Positions 1-8,982 are shown, counted from the first letter of the stretch. The stretch: DNA of 61,029 bases from a virus (IMGVR_UViG_3300045257_000102:1-61029); one strand, 5' to 3'. Numbers and translations are program-made. The notes: generated by a model not told the origin, from the letters alone.

Positions 1-127
1 CTTTAGCTGCTCGTGCTGACATTGACTCACGTTTTCGTCCGGTCCGGTCACGACATGCGATTTCCCAGTGGAGATTGAGAGGAGGAAGGCGACGTGATTC
101 ACATTCGTATCGACAACGAACGAAGGA
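1..127. repeat. 127-bp terminal direct repeat, left copy (circular assembly overlap)
   Basis: ctttagctgctcgtgctgac...aacgaagga is identical to 60903-61029. Confidence 0.97.
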
Positions 128-348
128 ACAGCCGCCGACGGTTCGCGTGCGGGATTGGGCCGGAGCTTCCACCGGGCGATACGTACTTTTTCAGCGGCGA
201 ATCAAGAGCGGAGCGCGCCGACTGTCCCGGCTGTAATCCGAGCGGGCCGCGACCTCTTGGGACGCCGTTATCTGAATTGTCGGGACGGCCTGGGCATCCT
301 GGATATGACCGATTTTGCGAGATCGCCAGATCATGGGGCTACGAATGA
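94..348 (+). CDS. hypothetical phage protein
   Basis: GTG start after aggaggaagg RBS; stop overlaps the next ATG. Confidence 0.6.
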   Translation: MIHIRIDNERRNSRRRFACGIGPELPPGDTYFFSGESRAERADCPGCNPSGPRPLGTPLSELSGRPGHPGYDRFCEIARSWGYE

Positions 349-548
349 GCGCCACAACCCGCTGGACGAATTCCGTGACTGTGACAATCGACTTGAGCGC
401 GGCCGAATACCGTTGGGTCTGCGAGTCGGCGGCTGACAACGACACGACAAAGGACGAGGTAATCGGCCTTGTCGCCCGCGTCGGAATCTGTGAGCAGATT
501 GAACGATTCGGAAGCGAAGAATTGAAACGCATGGAGGCCAACGCATGA
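345..548 (+). CDS. hypothetical protein
   Basis: ATGA overlaps at both ends within a chain of small early genes. Confidence 0.5.
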   Translation: MSATTRWTNSVTVTIDLSAAEYRWVCESAADNDTTKDEVIGLVARVGICEQIERFGSEELKRMEANA

Positions 549-814
549 CATTCGACGAAATTAGCTGGGCAGCGCCGATGAAAAGGGCCGTTGCTGAATG
601 CAAGCCAACACGCTGGTTTGTCTACGTCACAGCGGGACACCACTACCCGATCGAGTACGAGCTGACGAGCCGTGGCATCCTCAAAGCGGCACGAGCAGCG
701 TTTGAAATGGCGAAGCGGAACGACCTGCCGCTGTCGCTGGAGGACGCGGCGAAGATTTTTTTCTGTCTTGAGATCGAGTTGGCGGTTTACGAAGGATTGC
801 GAGGTGCGGCATGA
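545..814 (+). CDS. hypothetical protein
   Basis: ggagg RBS; ATGA coupling. Confidence 0.55.
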   Translation: MTFDEISWAAPMKRAVAECKPTRWFVYVTAGHHYPIEYELTSRGILKAARAAFEMAKRNDLPLSLEDAAKIFFCLEIELAVYEGLRGAA

Positions 815-996
815 GAATTGACGAGATGATGAACGGAATCTGGAGTGCCGCGTCGGCGGCCGAAGAAAACGAAATTATCGAATGGGTGCTTGAGGTGCTT
901 AGTGATCGCAGCAAGATTTCGCCGTCTCAAATCGACATGATTCGCGGGCTGGCGATTGAATGGACGGACTTGGATGCATCCGAAGGTGCCACATGA
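811..996 (+). CDS. hypothetical acidic protein
   Basis: gaggtg RBS; ATGA coupling. Confidence 0.5.
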   Translation: MRIDEMMNGIWSAASAAEENEIIEWVLEVLSDRSKISPSQIDMIRGLAIEWTDLDASEGAT

Positions 997-1190
997 GCAA
1001 CCCCGAAATCCGCACCGTCGCCAAGTCGAGATTCGACGAGTGTTGCCCTCATTGTGGCACATGGCTGGCTGTTTATGACCAGTTCATTTCCCACAATTAC
1101 GAAACGAACTTCGACATGGAATGCACTCATTGCGGAAAACATATCACGGTAATTGTCCATACCGTGCCAGAATTCGAGTTGCGCACATGA
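993..1190 (+). CDS. small zinc-ribbon protein
   Basis: MSNPEIRT start; CPHC...CTHC. Confidence 0.6.
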   Translation: MSNPEIRTVAKSRFDECCPHCGTWLAVYDQFISHNYETNFDMECTHCGKHITVIVHTVPEFELRT

Positions 1191-1387
1191 ACCCCGAAAT
1201 TCGCACAGAATCAGTTTACGAAGAACACCGCAGCGAGTTCGAGCAGGCCCAGCACGACCGCTGCCGAGGGCACGTCAGCATCGTGCATCCGTGTCGGAAC
1301 CTGCCGCCGCTGCCTGAGAGCGAGAGTGTGACGGCGTGGCTGGAACGACGATTTGCGAACTGGAGTAACGATGAATTCCGCCCTTGA
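1187..1387 (+). CDS. hypothetical protein
   Basis: MNPEIRT start duplicates the start of the previous gene; ATGA coupling. Confidence 0.45.
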   Translation: MNPEIRTESVYEEHRSEFEQAQHDRCRGHVSIVHPCRNLPPLPESESVTAWLERRFANWSNDEFRP

Positions 1388-2483
1388 AAACGCCCTAGCG
1401 GCCATACCGACAAGCGACAACCCAGGCCAGCAGCTTGTCGCCGCGAAGGTTCGCGGACTCATGCGTGGATACGATGCCCGCTGGTGTGATGCTGGCTACG
1501 TGCCGGTGGCCGTGGAGCAACTTGTCGAAGCCGATCTCGTCAACGTCGAGACCGGTCGCAAGAGCCGCACGTTTCGGATTGCCGGAAGGCTGGACGTAGT
1601 TTGCGAACATGAGGGACGGCGGTTGCTCTTGGATCACAAGACGACTAGCAGCGACATCGCCGATCCCAACGCTCCGTATTGGCGACAGCTTGTCGTGGAG
1701 GGCCAGCCGTCGCACTACATGTTGCTTGAATGGCTCAACGGACGCAAGCTCGATACGTGTGTTTGGGACGTGATTCGGAAACCGGGCATCAGGCCCAAGA
1801 AACTCGCGAAGGCCGAGCGAGCCGCTGCGGTCGCCAGCCGAAAGTATTTTGGCGATTTGCTTTCGATGGCCGAACTCGACCGGCTACAAACGGACGAGAC
1901 TGAATCACTCGCGATGTACGAGGCTCGGCTGGCTCACGAATGCACGATTGAATCGCCGGACAAGTATTTTCAACGGCGTGGCGTCCCTCGTCTCGATTCT
2001 GAGCTTCACGAATACGCTCGCGAGTTGTGGGACCACGCCGATGATATTCGCGAGTCCCGAGTAAATGAACGGCACGTCCGCAATTCCGGTGCCTGCATCC
2101 TCTACAACTCGCCGTGCAAGTTCTTAGGAATTTGCAGCGGCCACGATTCGGTTGATTCGGACAAGTGGGGCCGCAAGGCCAACGTCCACCGCGAGTTGCC
2201 TGAGTTGCAAGGTGACGGTCGCGATGTGTTGACAAATTCCAGAATTCGTTGCTTCCAAACGTGCCATCGGAAGCACCACTACGAATACGGTCTTGGACTG
2301 GAGCAAGTGGATGAAGAGGAGCGGGAGGCTTTGTATTTTGGGTCTGCGATGCACATTGCGTTGCAGAAATGGTGGGAGTTTTTCTTGAAAGGTTCATCAG
2401 ATGAGCACAGCGACACGACAGGTTGCGGGGCGAACGTCGTCCCCCAGCCAATCGCCGCCAGCGTCGAGAATGACGCTTGGTGA
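1371..2483 (+). CDS. PD-(D/E)XK exonuclease (Cas4/AddB-like, Fe-S), apparently circularly permuted
   Basis: GRLDVV...LLDHKT catalytic motifs, QxxxY, Cys cluster C-x5-C-x5-C; lies next to a Sak4-like ATPase. Confidence 0.85.
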   Translation: MNSALENALAAIPTSDNPGQQLVAAKVRGLMRGYDARWCDAGYVPVAVEQLVEADLVNVETGRKSRTFRIAGRLDVVCEHEGRRLLLDHKTTSSDIADPNAPYWRQLVVEGQPSHYMLLEWLNGRKLDTCVWDVIRKPGIRPKKLAKAERAAAVASRKYFGDLLSMAELDRLQTDETESLAMYEARLAHECTIESPDKYFQRRGVPRLDSELHEYARELWDHADDIRESRVNERHVRNSGACILYNSPCKFLGICSGHDSVDSDKWGRKANVHRELPELQGDGRDVLTNSRIRCFQTCHRKHHYEYGLGLEQVDEEEREALYFGSAMHIALQKWWEFFLKGSSDEHSDTTGCGANVVPQPIAASVENDAW

Positions 2484-3282
2484 GATCACTGGGAAAGGTT
2501 CGGGGTTGCCTAACCGCTACCTCGTACACGGCTGCGAGGGCTGCGGGAAAACATCGTGGGGAGCCTACACGCCGCGGCCGATCTTTATTCAGACAAAAGG
2601 CGAAACCGGATTGGATACGCTGATTGACAGCGGCCAGTTGCCCGAGACTCCGCACTTCCCTGAGATCCAGAATTTTCAGCTCGCGTTTCAGGCGATCGAG
2701 TGGCTAATCGAACAGCCGCACGAGTACGGTACGCTAGTTATCGACACGCTCAACGGCCTCGAGCGCCTTTGCCACGAAGAAGTCTGCCGCCGTGATTTCA
2801 ACGGCGACATGACAGACAAGGGATTCATGGGCTACATGCGTGGCTACGAGGTCTCGCTTGTGGATTGGCGGAACTTGCTGGCGGCGCTCGATACGCTCCG
2901 TGAGAAACGCCGCATGGCAATCGTGTGCCTCTGTCACACGAAGGTCAAGCCGTTCCGTAATCCGGTCGGCGCCGACTATGATCGCTACGCCCCGGACATG
3001 CACGACAAGACCTGGGGTCTGTCGCACAAGTGGGCCGACGCCGTGCTGTTCATTCAGTACGAGACGTTCAACACGGAAAAGGATTCCAAGAAAAAGGGGA
3101 AAGCTGTCGGCGGCCAGACGCGGATCATGTGTACCGAGCACCACGCCGCATACGACGCGAAGAATCGGATGGGCTTGCCCGGCGAGATCGACATGGGCAA
3201 CAGCGGCTTAGAGGCGTGGAACAACTTTAAGGCGGCACTCGTAGCCGCCAAACAAACCAACAACGGGAAGGAAGGTGCCTGA
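2401..3282 (+). CDS. Sak4-like AAA ATPase / recombinase (AAA_24 type)
   Basis: Walker A GCEGCGKTS, Walker B LVIDTL, C-terminal AYDAKNR. Confidence 0.88.
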   Translation: MSTATRQVAGRTSSPSQSPPASRMTLGEITGKGSGLPNRYLVHGCEGCGKTSWGAYTPRPIFIQTKGETGLDTLIDSGQLPETPHFPEIQNFQLAFQAIEWLIEQPHEYGTLVIDTLNGLERLCHEEVCRRDFNGDMTDKGFMGYMRGYEVSLVDWRNLLAALDTLREKRRMAIVCLCHTKVKPFRNPVGADYDRYAPDMHDKTWGLSHKWADAVLFIQYETFNTEKDSKKKGKAVGGQTRIMCTEHHAAYDAKNRMGLPGEIDMGNSGLEAWNNFKAALVAAKQTNNGKEGA

Positions 3283-3875
3283 TGGCACGCGGACCATACT
3301 ACACGCCTGGCAAATACTGGGCGAAGATTATTAGTCAAGCACTTGGCCAAACTAAAACCGGCAAACCTCAATTCGTTCTTCGTTTTCAGGTTGTCGGAAA
3401 AGTCGATCCGGCAGACCCGGAGGGCCAGTTGCTCAGTTGCGGCGAGCAATATGAGAGAAACATCTACATGGTCATCACGGACAAAACGATTGATTTCGTT
3501 AGTCGCAACCTTGACAAGCTCGGGTTCCGCAAAGAGTCGTTTCGGTTCCTTGATCCGGCAACGGATGGCTTCGCGGACTTTACCGGTCAGGAATTGGCCG
3601 TCGAATGCTCGCACGATACCTACGAAGGAAATGTTGGCGAGAAATGGCGAATTGCCGGCGACGGCGGCGGGTTAGTCGTGACGCCGCTTGATTCCAAAGG
3701 CGTCCGCGAACTCGATGCACTCTATGGTAAATCGCTCAAGACAGCGACTAAGGCGGCCAATAGTCCCACAACGTCTTCTAAGACCAATGGCGCCAAGAAC
3801 GCGGCACGAGCGAACCAGGAGCTTGTGGAAGAGGCTAATGAGTATCAGCAGACCGGAAACGAAGTGCCTTTTTAG
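3282..3875 (+). CDS. single-stranded DNA-binding protein-like (DUF669 type)
   Basis: PGKYxAKI...TKTGKP N-terminus, acidic tail ending VPF, position after Sak4. Confidence 0.7.
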   Translation: MARGPYYTPGKYWAKIISQALGQTKTGKPQFVLRFQVVGKVDPADPEGQLLSCGEQYERNIYMVITDKTIDFVSRNLDKLGFRKESFRFLDPATDGFADFTGQELAVECSHDTYEGNVGEKWRIAGDGGGLVVTPLDSKGVRELDALYGKSLKTATKAANSPTTSSKTNGAKNAARANQELVEEANEYQQTGNEVPF

Positions 3876-3912
3876 GACTGAACCGTAGGGCGGCTCGTCG
3901 TCGCCCGATATA

Positions 3913-3952
3913 CGCCGTGCCGGTTCACTCCCCTGAGCCGGCTGGCGCTTTT
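3913..3952 (+). terminator. probable intrinsic terminator
   Basis: cgcc..gccggttca/tgagccggc..ggcg stem followed by ttttt. Confidence 0.5.
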
Positions 3953-3995
3953 TGACCACGGATGCCGGCGGAAGATTGCCGGGAAGGCGACCACG

Positions 3996-4745
3996 ATGGC
4001 CCGAGCGCGAAGCATCAAGCCGGGGTTTTTCGAGAACGAAGTTCTCTCGGAATGCTCACCTTACGCTCGCCTTCTCTTCATCGGTTTATGGATGTTGGCC
4101 GATCGCGAAGGCCGTCTCGAAGATCGGCCGAAACGCATCAAAGGTGCGCTGTTTGCGCACGAATGCGCTGAAACTATCCAGATTAACACAATTCTTGATG
4201 AATTGATGACTGCGGGATTCATTTTGCGATACACGACGGACGGCGTTTCTTGCATCGAAATCGTCAACTTCCTTAGGCATCAACGTCCGCACCACAACGA
4301 GGTTGCGTCAACTCTTCCGGCTCCATCAAAAACTTCTAACCAAGGTCGAAAGCACTTGCGACCAAAAAAACCGACAAGTGCTCTGCACGATAAGAGGGAT
4401 TCAGGAATCAATGAAGAGGGAATCAATGAAGAGGAACATAGCGTTCACGCGGAGCCGTTCGACGAGTTTTGGGAAATCTATCCGCCTCGCAAGGGACGCA
4501 AGGCTGGCAAGCGTGATACAAGACCGGTGTTCGCCAAGATCGACCCAAAAGACATCCCGTTGCTTTTGATCGCGACGGCGAACTATGCCGCATCGTGCGG
4601 CGAGTTCGCCAGAGACCCGATACGGTTCCTCAAAGGCGATTTCTGGCGCGATTTCATCGAGCCTGCGTCGGTTTCGGCGCCGAGCCGAAAATCTGTTTTC
4701 GAGACCGACCCATTTTGGAAGGAAGGCGAAAATGAACCGGCGTGA
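3996..4745 (+). CDS. phage replication initiator / replisome organizer
   Basis: MARARSIKPGFF...ARLLFIGLW..ADREGR N-terminus; FDEFWEIYP C-terminal domain. Confidence 0.85.
   Translation: MARARSIKPGFFENEVLSECSPYARLLFIGLWMLADREGRLEDRPKRIKGALFAHECAETIQINTILDELMTAGFILRYTTDGVSCIEIVNFLRHQRPHHNEVASTLPAPSKTSNQGRKHLRPKKPTSALHDKRDSGINEEGINEEEHSVHAEPFDEFWEIYPPRKGRKAGKRDTRPVFAKIDPKDIPLLLIATANYAASCGEFARDPIRFLKGDFWRDFIEPASVSAPSRKSVFETDPFWKEGENEPA
4404..4433. repeat. 15-bp tandem repeat inside the initiator gene (candidate origin iterons)
   Basis: GGAATCAATGAAGAG x2 in the inter-domain linker. Confidence 0.5.
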
Positions 4746-5358
4746 ATTCAAGACTTGGTTCTCCGAGTTCCGAGCGGCCTTTGCGTCGGTGGATTCGTGG
4801 ATTACGAAACTCCCGGCGGCGGCTTCGGACGCCTACGACGGCGCAACGCAGGAGTCGCTGAGCCGGGCATGGTTTCTCGTGCTCGAAGATGTTCCGCTGG
4901 CCGATGCAAAGCGTGCGACCGCCGAAATGGCCCGCGGTGACATTCGCTCGCCGCTGGCCTTCCAGGACTACCCGCGGGAGATCAGGGCGGCCGTAAAGTC
5001 ATCCGGAACCGTCAAGAGACCGCCTGGCCCACGTCAGACCGCCGACGGAGAAGATACTTTCGAGTGCCGGGACTGTCGAGACTGGGGACACGTCCGCGTG
5101 TTCACGCCAGAGGCAGTCGCGGCAATGCGTGCTGGCGAGTATCAGCGAACTCGGCCGCCGATCCCGCGGTATCCGGCGATTGCGGTTCGCTGTCACTGCA
5201 AATGGGGAGACTTTTACCGCAGCTACGGAGCGCCGTTTGATTCGTCAAAACAGGTGTCGTTCTCTGGTGCGATGCCGGGTGAAGACGATGTAAAGCTACT
5301 AGCTGCGTTCGTCGAGCGCACTCCAGTTGCCGTACCTTACGACGAATGGAACCGTTGA
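4732..5358 (+). CDS. putative helicase loader/inhibitor-like replication protein with Zn-binding motif
   Basis: directly follows the initiator; helical N-terminus, CRDC...CHC..G. Confidence 0.55.
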   Translation: MNRREFKTWFSEFRAAFASVDSWITKLPAAASDAYDGATQESLSRAWFLVLEDVPLADAKRATAEMARGDIRSPLAFQDYPREIRAAVKSSGTVKRPPGPRQTADGEDTFECRDCRDWGHVRVFTPEAVAAMRAGEYQRTRPPIPRYPAIAVRCHCKWGDFYRSYGAPFDSSKQVSFSGAMPGEDDVKLLAAFVERTPVAVPYDEWNR

Positions 5359-5431
5359 CGCAGCGCGAGTCCGTGAGCGAACGCAACACCGCGCTCGGCT
5401 CATTAGGGAAGCCAAGAGACGTTGAACAACG

Positions 5432-6082
5432 ATGAAACCGTATTACGAACATGCCGGGATAGTCATTTACCACGCGGATTGCCGCGAGGTGTTGCCGACA
5501 ATCCGGGTTGAGACGGTAATATTCGATCCTGTTTGGCCAAACACGAAAGTTGAGCTGCACGGATCAATAGACCCCTGGAAGAATCTTCGGAACGCTTTAG
5601 ATGCGCTCACAGAAACGACGACACGGATTGCAATCCATTTGGGATGCGACAGTGACCCGCGATTTCTCACGTCTGTTCCTGACCGGTGGGAATTCTTCGC
5701 AACAACATGGCTTGAATACACGAGGCCGCATTATCGCGGTCGCCTACTCTACAAGGCGGACGTGGCCTATCTCTTTGGCGAACCCCCACCATCGTCAGAC
5801 GGGAACCACGTTATTGGCGGCCGGCACTTAGATACTTCATCATGCGGTCGAGAATCGGATCATCCTTGCCCGCGAAAAATCCGTCATGTTCGCAAATTGG
5901 TTCACTGGTGGTCCGCAATGAACGACACAATTTGCGATCCCTTCATGGGGAGCGGAACAACTCTGGTCGCGGCCAAGATTCTCGGTCGAAAGGCAGTCGG
6001 CATTGAAATCGTCGAAGAGTACGCAGAAATGGCCGCACGTCGTCTCGACCAGGAAGTCCTCCAATTCACCCCAGAGCCGTGA
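5432..6082 (+). CDS. DNA N4-cytosine/N6-adenine methyltransferase (beta class)
   Basis: MKPYY...IYHADC, DPVW (DPPY-like), HPCPR, DPFMGSGTT, GIE. Confidence 0.9.
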   Translation: MKPYYEHAGIVIYHADCREVLPTIRVETVIFDPVWPNTKVELHGSIDPWKNLRNALDALTETTTRIAIHLGCDSDPRFLTSVPDRWEFFATTWLEYTRPHYRGRLLYKADVAYLFGEPPPSSDGNHVIGGRHLDTSSCGRESDHPCPRKIRHVRKLVHWWSAMNDTICDPFMGSGTTLVAAKILGRKAVGIEIVEEYAEMAARRLDQEVLQFTPEP

Positions 6083-6094
6083 AGCTAGGAAACT

Positions 6095-6334
6095 GTGAAG
6101 CACGAACGGAGTGACATGATGAGCGGAAAACCGAAATACGTAGTTCTGACGTGGGACATGGAAAAGCAAGACTTCACGCCGCAGCGTGGCGTTCGACGTG
6201 GGCCATACTCGCAGTTTGGCCTGCGTCGACCGCTGCGAATCCTGGAGGCGATGGGCTACGACATCAAGCGGTCTTTTGCCCCAAGCGTGCTCGTGAAGCG
6301 CGCAGACTTTGAATACGTAGGAAATTTGCCATGA
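6095..6334 (+). CDS. hypothetical protein
   Basis: ORF in a coupled + strand chain. Confidence 0.5.
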   Translation: MKHERSDMMSGKPKYVVLTWDMEKQDFTPQRGVRRGPYSQFGLRRPLRILEAMGYDIKRSFAPSVLVKRADFEYVGNLP

Positions 6335-6618
6335 CACGCACAGCCGCAGCGGAACTGCTCGATAACGAACTCGCTCAACTCAGAATTAAGGGCCGTTGCA
6401 TGAACTTCGATAAGCTGAACGAGAAGCAACAATACGTTCTAGGTTGCATCGCCTGCAATCAGGACGGCGGACATCATCCCGCAACGCTTCGCGTGCTGCT
6501 GCGACGTGGCCTGATTGAAGCCTATGACGTAATCGAGAGAAACTTTTGGACGACCCGTTATCGAATGCCATCAGCCGTGCATATCGCATGGTGCGCCTAC
6601 TGCGTAGGCCATCAATGA
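6331..6618 (+). CDS. hypothetical protein (possible winged helix)
   Basis: TLRVLLRRGLIE segment; ATGA coupling. Confidence 0.45.
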   Translation: MTRTAAAELLDNELAQLRIKGRCMNFDKLNEKQQYVLGCIACNQDGGHHPATLRVLLRRGLIEAYDVIERNFWTTRYRMPSAVHIAWCAYCVGHQ

Positions 6619-7088
6619 GCACCACCACCGCCGAACTCGTAGATGGCACGGGCCGCAGCTTCGCCTATACCCGGCTGCTGCTGCCGTCGCGCGTATCAGA
6701 ATGGCCGACGGCTGAGCGAGAACACTTGAACGCCGGTCGCAGAGCCAAGTTCTTCAACGCGCTTCACAATGAATGGCATGTTTGCTTCGCCTGCGGCCGG
6801 GATGAACGTATCGACAAGAACATCTACATTCAGATTCACCATATTGGCCACGGCTTCCGACGTTGCGACTGTCGCTCGTGCGTCATGCCGCTGTGCATGG
6901 CCTGGAGAGGCCGAGGATGCCATGATGAGGTGCCTGGCAACTTGAACAAGGTCTTATGGGCCAAATGGCGTTGGGACGCGGCACACGTCAACTGGGAGCA
7001 TTTAACGCGGTGCAATGCCTCCTGGCTACCGGAACCGTTAGCGCCGCCCAGAGGCGACTATTGGCTGCCTGGATTTGATTACCCCTAA
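6615..7088 (+). CDS. HNH/His-Me finger nuclease-like protein (Ref/DUF968-like)
   Basis: CFAC...IHHI...PLC...CH. Confidence 0.6.
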   Translation: MSTTTAELVDGTGRSFAYTRLLLPSRVSEWPTAEREHLNAGRRAKFFNALHNEWHVCFACGRDERIDKNIYIQIHHIGHGFRRCDCRSCVMPLCMAWRGRGCHDEVPGNLNKVLWAKWRWDAAHVNWEHLTRCNASWLPEPLAPPRGDYWLPGFDYP

Positions 7089-7103
7089 CCCCCGGAGGAG
7101 AAC

Positions 7104-7445
7104 ATGATTAGCCGAGCCGAGTTGCAAGAGCGCGTGGATCGAGGTGTGGCGTACATGAACGACGTGAAGCCGGGATGGGTTGAAATGATCGACCTGAAAA
7201 CTTTCAACTTGTTCAGTTCAACCGATTGCGTTATCGGGCAGGTTTTTGGAACCTATTGCGGACACGTCAAAGATCGTGGGATTGACTTTGATGATTGGGT
7301 CGAAATGGGATTCAGCAGTATAGAGCCTGAGCTGAGTCAGCAAGTTTGGGTCGAAACCATCCGCGCCCTGCAAGAGTCCCACAAAGTCACTCTCCCCGTC
7401 TCGTCCACCACGGCGCCGGCGGCGGAGCTGGCACTGGCGAAGTGA
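7104..7445 (+). CDS. conserved phage hypothetical protein
   Basis: ggaggag RBS; RV.RG...PGW...ID...CVIGQVFG pattern. Confidence 0.65.
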   Translation: MISRAELQERVDRGVAYMNDVKPGWVEMIDLKTFNLFSSTDCVIGQVFGTYCGHVKDRGIDFDDWVEMGFSSIEPELSQQVWVETIRALQESHKVTLPVSSTTAPAAELALAK

Positions 7446-7446
7446 A

Positions 7447-8193
7447 ATGGAGATGCAACGCAGCTTCGATAGCATGACCGATGATTTCAGCACCGAAAGG
7501 CCGAGACTCGGCCTTTCGGGCGGGATCAATAGCGCCGCGCTGCTCTGTTACTTGGCGACCGAGCACGATGAGGCGAAGCGTCCGAAAACTCTGTTACTGT
7601 ACTACGCCCATCTACGCGAACACAGCCCGGGAACCGCGCGATTCGTGTTTGATTGCGTCCGCTATGCCAGAATGAAATTCCCCACCGTCGAGTTCGGGAT
7701 GCACCGTGCGAGCGTCGTGGATTTCTTCGAGGAAGAGAACTTCATTCCTCACCCGACCGTCAGCCCATGCACGCGGCACCTTAAGACGTTGCCGATGGAT
7801 AAATGGACCGAGGCCCACGGCGGCACAATGGACATCATCGGGTTCGTGCGTCACGAGCGCAAGAGAATCATTCGCACCAAGCGGTTAGCGAAGCATGTCG
7901 TCTGCTTTCCGATTGCCGCGATGAGCGAAGAGGAGTGCTTTAGAATCGTTGACCGGGAAATCGGCTGGCATCCGCCGATCTACGACATCAAGGACGAGAA
8001 CGGAAAGCGACTGTTCACGCATAACAACTGCCTGCCATGCAAGAACATGACGTTGGAACAAATCAGGAACGTCAAGCGACACTTCGGCCGATACTACGAC
8101 CGCGCGATTGCGATGGCCGAGCGGATCGACAACTACTGGGGAAGGCCGACTGAATATCCGTTCGACCCGTGCGCGAGTTGCGTGTTTGATTAG
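7447..8193 (+). CDS. PAPS-reductase-family (PP-loop adenine nucleotide alpha-hydrolase) protein
   Basis: LGLSGGINSA PP-loop, CTRHLK, HNNCLPC, terminal CASC. Confidence 0.75.
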   Translation: MEMQRSFDSMTDDFSTERPRLGLSGGINSAALLCYLATEHDEAKRPKTLLLYYAHLREHSPGTARFVFDCVRYARMKFPTVEFGMHRASVVDFFEEENFIPHPTVSPCTRHLKTLPMDKWTEAHGGTMDIIGFVRHERKRIIRTKRLAKHVVCFPIAAMSEEECFRIVDREIGWHPPIYDIKDENGKRLFTHNNCLPCKNMTLEQIRNVKRHFGRYYDRAIAMAERIDNYWGRPTEYPFDPCASCVFD

Positions 8194-8211
8194 CCGACTG
8201 GCACTGGCGAA

Positions 8212-8982
8212 GTGAGGGAGACGATGACCTTCGGGAGTTTGTTCGCGGGAATTGGCGGCTTCGATTTAGGTTTCGAGCGTGCGGGCATGACCTGCGCGTG
8301 GCAGGTGGAGATTGACGACTATGCAAGACGAGTGCTCGCAAAACACTGGCCCAACGTCCGACGATGGGATGACGTGCGAACCTTCCCGCCAGAGGGCGAC
8401 TGGGGAGTCGATCTCATCTGCGGAGGATTCCCCTGCCAAGACATTAGCTCACAAAACAGCTCCGGAGTCGGCCTCGATGGTGAGCGAAGCGGGTTATGGT
8501 TCGAGTTTGCAAAAATCATTCGCCTACTTCGACCGAGATTCGCAGTCGTGGAAAACGTCGCAGCGATCACTTTTCGAGGGCTTGGACGAGTTCTCAGCGA
8601 TCTTTCCGAAAGCGGGTACGATGCGGAATGGGACACTTTACCGGCGCAGGCGTTTGGCGCGCCGCACATCAGAGAAAGGCTTTTCATTGTGGCCCACCGC
8701 GCAGGCGACGGACGAGAAACGCATGAAGTTTTCGACCGCAGCGCATTTAAAGCAACAGGCACGAAACAGGAGAAACGGTCACGGTTCTGGCCCGGCAAGC
8801 AACAACATTGTTCTTCAGTTCCGAATCGAGTTAGATATGCTCCCGACAGCGAATTTCTACGAATGGCTCATGGGATACCCGATCAACTGGACCGCTATCG
8901 AGTCTGTGGAAACAGCGTCGTGCCCCAGATAGCCGAATGGATCGGTCGTAGAATCATGGAATCGGAGGAGCGACCATGCTGA
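8212..8982 (+). CDS. C5 cytosine DNA methyltransferase (alpha polypeptide)
   Basis: motif I FAGIGG, IV GFPCQ, VI ENV, VIII PHIRER, X GNSV. Confidence 0.93.
   Translation: MRETMTFGSLFAGIGGFDLGFERAGMTCAWQVEIDDYARRVLAKHWPNVRRWDDVRTFPPEGDWGVDLICGGFPCQDISSQNSSGVGLDGERSGLWFEFAKIIRLLRPRFAVVENVAAITFRGLGRVLSDLSESGYDAEWDTLPAQAFGAPHIRERLFIVAHRAGDGRETHEVFDRSAFKATGTKQEKRSRFWPGKQQHCSSVPNRVRYAPDSEFLRMAHGIPDQLDRYRVCGNSVVPQIAEWIGRRIMESEERPC
8312..8932 (+). CDS. nested out-of-frame beta polypeptide of the C5 MTase (M.EcoHK31I-like)
   Basis: 206-aa +1-frame ORF inside the MTase gene with WPT and EWLMGYPINWT (motif IX-like); start codon uncertain. Confidence 0.7.
   Translation: MTTMQDECSQNTGPTSDDGMTCEPSRQRATGESISSAEDSPAKTLAHKTAPESASMVSEAGYGSSLQKSFAYFDRDSQSWKTSQRSLFEGLDEFSAIFPKAGTMRNGTLYRRRRLARRTSEKGFSLWPTAQATDEKRMKFSTAAHLKQQARNRRNGHGSGPASNNIVLQFRIELDMLPTANFYEWLMGYPINWTAIESVETASCPR

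Noticed and set aside
1371-2483. CRISPR-Cas system (Cas4)
   Set aside because: No repeat-spacer array or other cas genes seen; the Sak4/SSB context indicates recombination
1789-2655. Long antisense ORFs (also 19327-20055, 44026-44772, 47233-47964, 60139-60924)
   Set aside because: They shadow well-supported + strand genes in GC-rich DNA and have no motifs
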